Source: a virus (Duplodnaviria > Caudoviricetes). Taken from it: a stretch of 64,000 nucleotides of DNA. The stretch is from the IMG/VR virus record IMGVR_UViG_3300035182_002389, positions 96,001 through 160,000 of that record. One strand, 5' to 3'. Below, one piece after another: positions 18,240 to 26,627 of the stretch (position 1 is its first letter; every line of letters begins with the position of its first letter). Under the pieces are notes generated by a model that was given only the letters and a program-made list of their open reading frames with translations, did not search any database and was not told the origin of the DNA. The translations under genes and the position numbers were made by a program.

Positions 18240-19535
18240 TTAGATCCTGACCGGCACGAGAGCCTTGTCGGAGGGAAGCAGTGCGAGGCGCATGCCGGGC
18301 ATCTTCCCGGTCGCGACCACGTCACCATTCACGAACGTGAGGGTCTGCCCGACAACGGGAACGGGCTGCCCTGCTGCCACGGCCGCACGAAGGTCCTGGA
18401 GCAGCGCGTCCGAGATGGCCAGCGATCGGCCGCCGTCGAGCGCCGAGGCGATCTTCCCCGCGTTGAGCTGCGGGGTCTGCTGGATCAGAGGCGCGCTGCC
18501 CGTGAAGGCCCGTCCGCGCACACCGGCCGTCGCCGCGACCGGCAGGACGTTCACGCCGATGTCATAGGGAGCGCTCGGATCGACGCCCTGCACGTCGTGG
18601 AGATCGAGGAGCACGTTCAGGCTCACCAGCGCGTCGATGAGCGCCTTCTTCTCGGCGTCGGACAGCTCCGAAGCAAGAACGGTCATCGACACGGGGGGAG
18701 GCGTGTCGAGAGGAATGGGCGTCATGCCGCCGCCCGGCCCGACTCCACCCGGCCCGACAGGCGGCCTCCCAAGCCCCGGCGGCGCGGACGGCACCGGAGG
18801 CGGCGGGGGAGGCGTCGGGTTGAACGCGGGGCCCGCGCCCTTGAGCACGCTTGCGGCCTCGTTCGGGCGCAGAAAGAGCAGATCGGTCGGATCCGTCGAC
18901 GTCGGCGTCGAGGAGGTCCTGATCGTTTTCCCGTCCGCGCTCACGAACACGTACAGGCCGGGGAACGCGGGAACACTCGGCGAAGGCTTCGGGCACTGGT
19001 CAGGAGGCGTGCCCATCAGGCAGGGCGACGACGTGCTCGTCGGAATCTCTGCGCGCGGCGTGTTCGCGCTCTGGATCCAGACGAGAATCGAGTCGCTCGC
19101 ATCGGGCGCCTGCATCGCGTACGTCCGCGCCAGCGGCTGATAGCCGGGAGGAGGGGCCATCCCCATTCCCGGGGAGTAGACGGCCTTGGAAATCTGCACG
19201 GGAAGCAGCGCAAGCGGGACGCTGTTCGGCGTCTCGATGGCCCCTCTCCGGTTCGTCGCGAACGCGTTGTAGTCGCTGCCGACACCGGGAGGAGGCGGCA
19301 GGACGGGCGCGATCGAGGTCGCCTTCGAGAGCGCCTTCCACATGCCGACCTTCTCGTCGGCCGTCAGCTCGCCCGTCGCGGTCGAGGGACCGAGATTCGC
19401 GCCGCCCGGAGCCAGCACGTTGCGCATGCCTTGGGCGCCCGCTCCGCCCGACGAGGGCTGGCCCGCGTACCACTTGTAGAGCAGCACGCCGCCGACGGCA
19501 GCACCACCGAGCATCAGGAGCGAGCTTGCCTTCAT
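18240..19535 (-). CDS. signal-anchored Pro-rich protein with two LxxxEK-x-ALxxAL domains
   Basis: MKASSLLMLGGAAVGGVLLYKW anchor; ELTADEKVGMWKALS and ELSDAEKKALIDALV; related to 63285. Confidence 0.8.
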   Translation of the reverse strand: MKASSLLMLGGAAVGGVLLYKWYAGQPSSGGAGAQGMRNVLAPGGANLGPSTATGELTADEKVGMWKALSKATSIAPVLPPPPGVGSDYNAFATNRRGAIETPNSVPLALLPVQISKAVYSPGMGMAPPPGYQPLARTYAMQAPDASDSILVWIQSANTPRAEIPTSTSSPCLMGTPPDQCPKPSPSVPAFPGLYVFVSADGKTIRTSSTPTSTDPTDLLFLRPNEAASVLKGAGPAFNPTPPPPPPVPSAPPGLGRPPVGPGGVGPGGGMTPIPLDTPPPVSMTVLASELSDAEKKALIDALVSLNVLLDLHDVQGVDPSAPYDIGVNVLPVAATAGVRGRAFTGSAPLIQQTPQLNAGKIASALDGGRSLAISDALLQDLRAAVAAGQPVPVVGQTLTFVNGDVVATGKMPGMRLALLPSDKALVPVRI

Positions 19536-19559
19536 GGCGTCGAGCGTATTCTTCCGTTC

Positions 19560-19574
19560 GGCTTGCGACAAGTC
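19560..19574. promoter_or_regulatory. palindromic operator-like site
   Basis: GGCTTGCGACAAGTC between divergent genes. Confidence 0.65.
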
Positions 19575-19600
19575 GATAAGGCTCGTGATACGATCCCGGG

Positions 19601-20125
19601 ATGGCGAACACCGGGCTCATCGTCGGCGGCGTCGGCATCGCAGCGCTCGCTGCCTACGCGGCATTCGGCAAAGAGAAGCCGCGATTTGCCGACGAGCCGA
19701 TGCCGCGGCCGGGACCGCGATCTACGGGGCCGACCTCCATGCGCTTGGGCCCGTCCTCGATGCGCTCCAGCGTCGTCCAAGGCGCGCCGCGGCCTCAGCC
19801 GGCCCCCTCCGTCGAGACGCGCGAGCCGGCGTCGGGGAGGCCTACGACCCACAAGCGAGCGTTCCAGATCGGACCCTATCAGGTGTCGATTCAGGACGGC
19901 CCCTACCACTACGCTTCTCCGGGCGAAACCGTCGAGATCGGCATCTTCCTGCGAGGGTCGCTCATCAACCCGAAGCGCATCGGCCTGCACAAGTACGCGA
20001 AGTTCTGGGAGAAGGGCAACAACCCCGTGGGCGTCCACGTGCCCATCGCCGCCGCCAACCAGCTCCTTCGCGACATCGAGCGGCATGCCGGTTACAAGGC
20101 TCAGCCCCTGAAGAGGAAATCGTGA
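19601..20125 (+). CDS. signal-anchored membrane protein
   Basis: LIVGGVGIAALAAYAAFGKEK; GTGATACGAT 6 nt before the ATG. Confidence 0.75.
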   Translation: MANTGLIVGGVGIAALAAYAAFGKEKPRFADEPMPRPGPRSTGPTSMRLGPSSMRSSVVQGAPRPQPAPSVETREPASGRPTTHKRAFQIGPYQVSIQDGPYHYASPGETVEIGIFLRGSLINPKRIGLHKYAKFWEKGNNPVGVHVPIAAANQLLRDIERHAGYKAQPLKRKS

Positions 20126-20754
20126 CGCCTTCCGCGCTCTCGCTGTGGCCGTGGAAGGGGCAAGAGCGATACTGGCCCTCCGTCGCGGGGTTTCATCTCG
20201 AAGCGCGCGGGTACGGCAAGTACGGCGACGCGAGCGCCGTCGAGTACCGCTACGAGGGGCGCGGCAAGCAGTTCGCGAACCTCGTCGTCACGTTCAGCGC
20301 GCACCGCCACGAAGCGACGGACGGCAAGGCGCCGATCGCGTGGAAGGCAGAATCCTACGGGCCGAAGATCGACGGCACCGTCGCGACGCTCGAAGAGATC
20401 CCGAGGAAGCTCGCCGCGCTCGCGCGATGGGCGCTTCAACGCAAGCACGCCGCGAACGCGTACTTCGCCAAAGCTCTGCCGAGCAGCACGCACTGGAACG
20501 TGAACCACGACGTCGAGTTCTTCGGCGCGACGTACAAGAACCCGCACAGCGACGCGTACATGTCCGTCACCTTCGACGATCCCGCGAGCTTGCTCCTCGG
20601 GCAAAGGGACACGGCCCACATCCGATTCGCGCGCGGCAGCGACTATCAGGGGGCGTACGGGACGAGCCAACACATCGTCACCTACGGCACCCTCGACGAG
20701 ATGCGTGGCGTGCTGAAGATCGCCGAGACGCACTGGAAGGCGTGGAACCGATGA
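20122..20754 (+). CDS. hypothetical protein
   Basis: GTGA-coupled ORF, 210 aa. Confidence 0.7.
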   Translation: MTPSALSLWPWKGQERYWPSVAGFHLEARGYGKYGDASAVEYRYEGRGKQFANLVVTFSAHRHEATDGKAPIAWKAESYGPKIDGTVATLEEIPRKLAALARWALQRKHAANAYFAKALPSSTHWNVNHDVEFFGATYKNPHSDAYMSVTFDDPASLLLGQRDTAHIRFARGSDYQGAYGTSQHIVTYGTLDEMRGVLKIAETHWKAWNR

Positions 20755-21377
20755 CCAACCACAAAGAAGCGCTCGCCAACCTCGAATCTCGCGAGGCGAA
20801 GGTCGCGTACGCGATCAAACACAAGCTGCGCGTGTCGGTCCGTCCCACCCGAGATCGGCACAGGTTCGTCTTTCGCATCGTCACGCCCGATCGCCAGGTG
20901 CTCGACACGTTCGACTGCTCTCGGGCGAACTACGCGCGCATCTCCCGAGCCGGCGCGGACATGGACAAAATCAGCAACGAGCCCGTTCGTCGGTGGCGGC
21001 TCTACGAGACCGCCTCGGGCAACTCTCCCGTGCGCGACTACCTCCTCACGCTCACCGAAGACGAGCAGAGCCGCGTCCGCGCGAAGATGCACATCATCAA
21101 GACCCAGGGCCTCTCGAAAGCCATTCGCATGGCCGCAGAAAAGAGCGACCTCTACGAGATCCATGCCGACGCGAGCAATCGAGCCCTGCGGCTCATCTTC
21201 GCTCCCGAAGGCAAGCGGGGCCACGTTCTGCTCGGCCTCAACGCTTTTGAGAAGCGGTCGCAGAAGACGCCGCGCAGTGCCATCGACACCGCTCTCGCCC
21301 GCCTCGCCGACTGGCGCGAACGACACGAGAAGAGGCGCAGGACAAGCTCGCTCGGGCGCGTCTCTGCCCGGCGGTAG
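20751..21377 (+). CDS. RelE/ParE-superfamily (Gp49/DUF891-like) toxin with N-terminal extension
   Basis: WRLYETASGNSPVRDYL...LYEIHA...LRLIFA...LLGLNAFEKRSQKTPRSAIDTALARL. Confidence 0.8.
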   Translation: MTNHKEALANLESREAKVAYAIKHKLRVSVRPTRDRHRFVFRIVTPDRQVLDTFDCSRANYARISRAGADMDKISNEPVRRWRLYETASGNSPVRDYLLTLTEDEQSRVRAKMHIIKTQGLSKAIRMAAEKSDLYEIHADASNRALRLIFAPEGKRGHVLLGLNAFEKRSQKTPRSAIDTALARLADWRERHEKRRRTSSLGRVSARR

Positions 21378-21381
21378 GTCC

Positions 21382-21906
21382 ATGACCATTCGCTTCACCG
21401 TCGACAAGAAGAGGAAGATCGTCCGCGCTGTCTTCGCCAAAGAGAGCGAGCCGCCGACGTATGCACTCGCCTTCTTCTACAAGATCCGCCGCGCCGATCC
21501 CTACCTCGGCATGGGCGTGCGACTGCTCGTGAAGGGAGAGAGGGGTCGCATGGGGGCTATGATCCTTTCTCTCACCACGCCTGCGCCCGGGGAAATGTCC
21601 ACCGCGTGTGAGAAGGACTACCGCGCGCTGAGGCCCGCGCTCTTTCAGGCGCGCACTCCCCTCTACCGCGTTCGGTCCTCGGACGTGCGCTCGCCCTACC
21701 AAGGCTCCGGTTTTGGCGTCCTCATGTACGCCGCGGCCATCGTTCTCGCCGACCTCCAGGGCACCGGCATCGCCGCCGACGAATGCTACATGGAAAAGGG
21801 CTACGAGGGCATCACGAGCGAAGCCGCACGCCGCGTCTGGGACTCGCGACGGCTCGCGAAGATCGCCAACGTGCGCGGCAGCGTCGCGTTCCTTCGACGC
21901 TCCTAG
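21382..21906 (+). CDS. GNAT-like protein, paralog family A
   Basis: VRSSDVRSPYQGSGFGVLMYAAAI...ADEC. Confidence 0.7.
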   Translation: MTIRFTVDKKRKIVRAVFAKESEPPTYALAFFYKIRRADPYLGMGVRLLVKGERGRMGAMILSLTTPAPGEMSTACEKDYRALRPALFQARTPLYRVRSSDVRSPYQGSGFGVLMYAAAIVLADLQGTGIAADECYMEKGYEGITSEAARRVWDSRRLAKIANVRGSVAFLRRS

Positions 21907-22268
21907 CGCCTCGGCCGCTTGAGATCGACGATTTCGAGCACCTTGATGCGATTCGGATCGAACATGATCCAGTTGTCGTCGAGGTGCACGCTGTCGTAGC
22001 CGAGCTGCGTGAGCTGATCGAGCAGGTATCGATCGTACTCTTTCCAGCCCGCGGTCTTCTGCGCCCGGAGCACGACCTTCATCAGATAGTTGAGACTGCC
22101 TGCGCCGCTCTCGCCGCGCAGGATCACGTCCTTGTCCTCGCTGAACCAGAAGATCCCGCCCATCGCGGAGAAGCTCCGCTGAAAGCGTCGAATGGGGTGC
22201 GAGCCGCCATGATAGGCGATAACCGTTCGCTCGGGCGCGAGGCTCGTTCCGAGGGAGGCCTTGCTCAT
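21903..22268 (-). CDS. ADP-ribosyltransferase-fold protein (ART-PolyVal-like)
   Basis: AYHGG...GIFWFSED...LGYDSV...FDPNRIK. Confidence 0.65.
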   Translation of the reverse strand: MSKASLGTSLAPERTVIAYHGGSHPIRRFQRSFSAMGGIFWFSEDKDVILRGESGAGSLNYLMKVVLRAQKTAGWKEYDRYLLDQLTQLGYDSVHLDDNWIMFDPNRIKVLEIVDLKRPRR

Positions 22269-23350
22269 CGACCGGACCCCGGCAGAGGACGGCGCTTCCA
22301 ACCCTTCACGCGGGCGGCGTCTTCGGCGATCTCCTTCTGGATCGTCTCGATGCTGCGGTCGATCTTGCGCATCCGAGAGCCCCACTCGCCGTCGTAGCGC
22401 CGGTCCGAAGGTGTGATGACCTCCTTCTGGCCGCGGTAGTTCTCGATGGTCAGAGAGGGCTTCAGGCGCAGCTCGGCGCGGTTCTCTTGCATCCGCGCCT
22501 CGGTCGGCCGAAGGACCTTCGCGATGTACTCGATCGTGCCTTGCGGGCTCAGCTCAAAAGGCGGGCAGTGAAAACCGAAGCAGGGGCCCGTGTGCCACGA
22601 CATTCCCTGCGCGCCCTTGTAGCGCGTGCCGCTCACGCTCCACCCGTGGCGCATCATCATGCGCTCGTGGAGCTTCACGTTGCTGAAGCACGCGGGGCAA
22701 GTGCCGGTGTCTTCGAGCGAGCGCGCGCTCACGGGACGAAGGGCCGCAGCGACCGACTCTGCCCCAAGCTTCGTGATGGCTTCCGCAGCCTTTGCCTTCA
22801 ACCCGCTCTTGTACGCGAAGGTCCAGAACCTATCGGAGCCCGTTTCGGTGAGCGGCTCGACGCGGCCCGTGTAACTCAGCTTCGGCGTGAAGACGACGTC
22901 TCCCGATTCGGTGCGCACTCGATACCCGGGCATCCCGCGCCACACCTCGCGCAGCTCGACGCCGTGCCTGCCGCCCACGTACGGCCCGATACCTCGCGTC
23001 GCCATCTGCCCCGCGCCGAGCGCGATGGGAGGGCCCTTGCTGCTCCACGAGAGGAGGGTCTGCCGAAGGATCGTGACGAGGGTCGCGGCCTGCTCGCGCG
23101 TGCCGACCAGCGCGATGATCGGGTCCTTGCCGCCGAGGCCGACGAAATCCGCGGCAATGCCCGCGTGCGCGGCGACGGGTTTGAGGAACGCGCCCGCCTT
23201 CTCCCCGTCGAGCGACGCGGGCACGACCTCTTGCCCGATCGCCCAGCCGAGCAAGGGAAGCGCCTCGGCCAAGGCGGCGGGATCGAACCCGCCCTTGATC
23301 CCTTTGGCCGCTTTCGTGAGAAAAGCGAGCGCGTTCTTCGAGAGCGTCAT
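22265..23350 (-). CDS. hypothetical protein with CxxC...H...C zinc site
   Basis: GTCPACF...MRHGW...HTGPCFG. Confidence 0.7.
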   Translation of the reverse strand: MTLSKNALAFLTKAAKGIKGGFDPAALAEALPLLGWAIGQEVVPASLDGEKAGAFLKPVAAHAGIAADFVGLGGKDPIIALVGTREQAATLVTILRQTLLSWSSKGPPIALGAGQMATRGIGPYVGGRHGVELREVWRGMPGYRVRTESGDVVFTPKLSYTGRVEPLTETGSDRFWTFAYKSGLKAKAAEAITKLGAESVAAALRPVSARSLEDTGTCPACFSNVKLHERMMMRHGWSVSGTRYKGAQGMSWHTGPCFGFHCPPFELSPQGTIEYIAKVLRPTEARMQENRAELRLKPSLTIENYRGQKEVITPSDRRYDGEWGSRMRKIDRSIETIQKEIAEDAARVKGWKRRPLPGSGR

Positions 23351-23360
23351 GGCGGGTCTT

Positions 23361-24008
23361 TCAGAGGAAGGCGGCGACGGGGTAGCTGCCGAGATAGTCG
23401 CTCTGCACGGCGTCGTAGTCGATGTTGATCCCCGCCGCGATCGTTCGGTTGCCGGGGTAGAGCTGGAGCATCTGGTAGCCGCGCACGTCGACGTCGGGCG
23501 CGCGGCCGGCCGTCTTCCAGTAGCGCGAGACCGAGAGCGAGTGGTAGAGCTGGCTGCTCGTCAGCGGCACGCCGGGCTCGCAGTAGATGCCGAGGGCCGC
23601 GCCGAACATCCCGCCCGCGACTGCCCCCTTGTACCAGGCGTTCGCGTAGGCGATGCACGCCTCCGCCGTCCCTGCATTGGCCAAATCCAACCAGAGACAA
23701 CCTCCCGCGGGATAGCCCATCGAGATGGCGTACGAAGCTGCGGCTTGGCCGTCCGCGAACCCGATCGACTCGCTCCAGCCGCTCGTGCGCCCGAACTGCA
23801 CGAGCATCACGCCGAGCCCCGCTTGGGTGAGCGCGGCCAGCTCCGTTTTTCCGATCGCGAACGGCGACGACTGCCCCGCGAGCGGGACGTACCGCACGCC
23901 GAACTTCATGCCGGCCTTCACGAGCGTTGCGGCCTGGGCCGCGCTGAGCGCCTCGATCGTGTCGAACCCGAGCATGCCCACGGAGAGAGGCTTCAGGGAA
24001 AGGGTCAT
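23361..24008 (-). CDS. DUF1906-like glycoside hydrolase (GH25-related TIM barrel)
   Basis: GFDT...GMKFGVRYV...GFADGQAA...GYP..LWLDL; GGAGG SD. Confidence 0.75.
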   Translation of the reverse strand: MTLSLKPLSVGMLGFDTIEALSAAQAATLVKAGMKFGVRYVPLAGQSSPFAIGKTELAALTQAGLGVMLVQFGRTSGWSESIGFADGQAAASYAISMGYPAGGCLWLDLANAGTAEACIAYANAWYKGAVAGGMFGAALGIYCEPGVPLTSSQLYHSLSVSRYWKTAGRAPDVDVRGYQMLQLYPGNRTIAAGINIDYDAVQSDYLGSYPVAAFL

Positions 24009-24048
24009 CGTCGTTCCTCCTTCAATCCACCGCGGCCGATCGTACCAC

Positions 24049-24063
24049 GGCTTATCGCAAGCC
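24049..24063. promoter_or_regulatory. palindromic operator-like site
   Basis: GGCTTATCGCAAGCC between divergent genes. Confidence 0.65.
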
Positions 24064-24091
24064 GAGGCGATTCGTGCGACCATTGCGATCG

Positions 24092-24598
24092 ATGAACGCG
24101 TTTCGCTACACCCTCGACAAGACGAGGCGCATCGCGCGCGTACAGCTCTCGGGCGACGACCAGGCCGTCGCCCTCGCGTCGTTCGAGAAGTCGGAGGAGT
24201 TCCCGTTCGGCAAGATGTGCGTTCGGCTTCTTCGGCGCGGCAGCGCGATGTACGTCGGCGAGATGCAGCTCAACCCTCGTAGGCCTCACGTCCGCGACAT
24301 GGACCCTACCTGTCTCAACCACTACGAGCGGCTCCGGCCGGCCCTCTACCGCGCCAACGTCGCCCTCTACCGCGTGAGGTCTTCGGACATCTACCTCACC
24401 CATCTCTGGCGCCACGGCTACGGCGTGCTCATGTACGCGGCGGCGCTTCTGCTCGCCGACATGCAAGGGACCGGCATCGGATCGGATGAGTGCTTCTACG
24501 GCTCGACGAGTCGGCGCGCCGGGCGCGTCTGGGAATCGCGGCGCCTCGCTTCGATCGCCGACGTGATGGGCGACATCGCGTTTCTCAAGCGGCGCTGA
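24092..24598 (+). CDS. GNAT-like protein, paralog family A
   Basis: LRPALY...YRVRSSDI...WRHGYGVLMYAAAL..ADMQGTGIGSDEC; close paralog of 21382. Confidence 0.7.
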   Translation: MNAFRYTLDKTRRIARVQLSGDDQAVALASFEKSEEFPFGKMCVRLLRRGSAMYVGEMQLNPRRPHVRDMDPTCLNHYERLRPALYRANVALYRVRSSDIYLTHLWRHGYGVLMYAAALLLADMQGTGIGSDECFYGSTSRRAGRVWESRRLASIADVMGDIAFLKRR

Positions 24599-24616
24599 GG
24601 TGATACGGTGACCGCC

Positions 24617-24952
24617 ATGGGCAAGAGCCTCCAGAAGTACGCGTCGAGCTTGCGGCGCCCGCGGTTCGTGCACGACTGCAACCGCTGCATCTTCCTCGGA
24701 GGCTCCACGATCGAGGGCGGTCGGCCGGCCGACTTCTACTGGTGCCCCGATCGGCGCAACGAGACCATGAGCAGCATGATCGCGCGCTACGGCGACGACG
24801 GGCCCGAGTATCTCTCGTCCTCGCCGCCCGAGGCCTTCGCCGACCCGCTGTACCTGCTCCAGAAGCGGAAATGGTACAGGACTCTTCTGCGTCGCGCGCA
24901 TCGCGCGGGGCTCTACGCGAACAAGCACAACTACAACCTCTCGGAGCCTTGA
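24617..24952 (+). CDS. hypothetical protein
   Basis: HDCNRCIFLG motif; GTGATACGGT 7 nt before the ATG. Confidence 0.65.
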   Translation: MGKSLQKYASSLRRPRFVHDCNRCIFLGGSTIEGGRPADFYWCPDRRNETMSSMIARYGDDGPEYLSSSPPEAFADPLYLLQKRKWYRTLLRRAHRAGLYANKHNYNLSEP

Positions 24953-25494
24953 TGAGCGACCTCAAGCAAATCCAAGAGGCCATCTGGGGGGATCGCGAGA
25001 CCCTCTCACACCTCGAAGGCGCCTACCGAAACTTCTTTCAGACGCGCGACGTCGGCGTCTTGCGACCGTCCAAGACCCTCGTGTACGCGCTCGCGAAGAA
25101 GTACGGCGCCAGCTTCGACGTCGTCCAGGCCGCCATCGGCAAGCTCGTCGCCAACGTCCAGTACGAGATGATGGTCGACTACGTCGCGCGTCTGCCCCAC
25201 ATCCGAGGCCATCTTCGCGAACTCGCCCTTCTCACCTACTCGCCCGATGGCGCGCTCGGGTCGATGAAGAAGCTCACGCCCGAGGTCGAAGAGAGCCTCC
25301 GCTCTTTCTACGCGCCCCTTCGCTGGAAGAGCCCCATGGGCTTGGAGCTGCTCAGCGGCGCGGTCTCGAAGGAGAAGCGCAAGCTCCAAGGCCTTTCGAG
25401 CATGGGCCGAACCGCTCCTTCACCGTTCTCGGAGCCCGCGTCTCTCGGTCCCGTCACCTACCCCGCGCGCCGCAAACCTTCCAGCTCAAACTGA
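24952..25494 (+). CDS. hypothetical protein
   Basis: TGATG-coupled ORF. Confidence 0.65.
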   Translation: MSDLKQIQEAIWGDRETLSHLEGAYRNFFQTRDVGVLRPSKTLVYALAKKYGASFDVVQAAIGKLVANVQYEMMVDYVARLPHIRGHLRELALLTYSPDGALGSMKKLTPEVEESLRSFYAPLRWKSPMGLELLSGAVSKEKRKLQGLSSMGRTAPSPFSEPASLGPVTYPARRKPSSSN

Positions 25495-25505
25495 ATCGGA
25501 GTCAC

Positions 25506-25727
25506 ATGGACAAGCTCACTCTTCTCGGTCTTGGCCTCATGGGCGCAGGCGTCGCGACCAAGCTCATCGAGCCGCCCAAGATGGGACAGTCCGCAGAAGT
25601 CATGCGCGGATACGGCGCGCTCGAAATCGTTCTCATCGGCGGCGGCGCGTCGCTCGCCTTCTACGGCGCGTTCGTGAAGGGCAAGACGCCCATGCTCACG
25701 AGCGGACCGCCGTCGTCCTACCGCTGA
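25506..25727 (+). CDS. small two-TM membrane protein
   Basis: Two hydrophobic Gly-rich helices. Confidence 0.65.
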   Translation: MDKLTLLGLGLMGAGVATKLIEPPKMGQSAEVMRGYGALEIVLIGGGASLAFYGAFVKGKTPMLTSGPPSSYR

Positions 25728-25731
25728 ACCG

Positions 25732-26076
25732 TCAGTAGTTGTCGATGTAGCGCTTCGCTTCGCGCAACGTCGCCAGGTACTTGCCGCCGCCCGAGTCGGG
25801 GTAGTGAACGCACCAGCCGTGCTTGTCGTGCTCGATCTCCCACCCCTTGTAGATGGTGATCTTCCCACGCTCAGGCACAAACGTGTAGCTCGGGAGCCGT
25901 GCTGTGAGAGACGCCTTTCGGGCGGCCTCCTCACGCTCCGCGGCTTCGCGCGCAGGGCGCTCTGCCTCCCAGCGGAGGTCGGCGAGTCGATCGGCCTCAT
26001 CGGCCGCGGCCAGCTCCGCGGGCGTGTAGCGTGCCGAAGAGACGGAGCGGCTCACAGGACGCTTTCGGATCGTCAT
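25732..26076 (-). CDS. hypothetical protein
   Basis: Charged helix plus a WEIEH...WCVH...EAKRYID C-terminal domain. Confidence 0.6.
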   Translation of the reverse strand: MTIRKRPVSRSVSSARYTPAELAAADEADRLADLRWEAERPAREAAEREEAARKASLTARLPSYTFVPERGKITIYKGWEIEHDKHGWCVHYPDSGGGKYLATLREAKRYIDNY

Positions 26077-26080
26077 CGAG

Positions 26081-26440
26081 TCATCTCCCCGAGGAGTGAA
26101 CATTGAGCGTCACCATCACGACCTTCTCGCCGCCGTAGTCGTACGTGTCGACGCTCGGCGCATACTTCGCGACGGCCCCTCGCGCGTCCGTGTGGACCTT
26201 GCGCACGCCGGCGGCCCTCAGCGTTTTTGCGATCCAGTTGGCCGCGCGCAGCTCCAACTTCGCGTCGCCCGAGTCGACGCGGATGCCGCCCGCGTCGTAC
26301 CCTTCGACGTGCAGGGTCTCGGCCGAGAGTGCGACGAGGCGCACGCGGCTGCGAGGCTTCATGTAGCCGGCCTTCACCATCGCAGCGTCGAGCCTGCGTT
26401 GAAGTTCCATGCGGGCGAGGATGGTTTCGGCGCGACTCAT
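26081..26440 (-). CDS. hypothetical protein
   Basis: 119-aa ORF; TACGCT 6 nt before the ATG. Confidence 0.65.
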   Translation of the reverse strand: MSRAETILARMELQRRLDAAMVKAGYMKPRSRVRLVALSAETLHVEGYDAGGIRVDSGDAKLELRAANWIAKTLRAAGVRKVHTDARGAVAKYAPSVDTYDYGGEKVVMVTLNVHSSGR

Positions 26441-26466
26441 CCTCGAAGCGTAGACGATCCCGATCC

Positions 26467-26480
26467 GCTTGTCGCAAGCC
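26467..26480. promoter_or_regulatory. palindromic operator-like site
   Basis: GCTTGTCGCAAGCC. Confidence 0.65.
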
Positions 26481-26490
26481 GCACAGCACG

Positions 26491-26615
26491 GAGAACGAGA
26501 ATCGCTCGGGGGCTACGCGCCCCCGAACCCCGCGCCACCTGCGGCGGGGCTATTGTCGGGGCTCTGTCCCGAACCCCGCTGAGGACGCTCACGGCGCGCC
26601 CTCAGACTCCCGCCG
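26491..26615 (-). repeat. family-1 four-hairpin element, copy 6
   Basis: Most diverged copy, with compensatory stem changes (TCGGGG..TCCCGA) and a TAC loop. Confidence 0.9.
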
Positions 26616-26627
26616 TCATAACAACTC

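Noticed and set aside
17877-20111. 744-aa plus-strand ORF, and similar long ORFs such as 37875-39827, 32666-34252, 38705-40606 and 1723-3060
   Set aside because: Arg/Gly/Ala-rich shadow frames opposite or out of frame with well-supported genes; expected in high-GC DNA
1576-26615. Target-site duplications at family-1 copies 1-4 and 6
   Set aside because: I checked the flanks by eye and found no convincing direct repeat; only copy 5 has one
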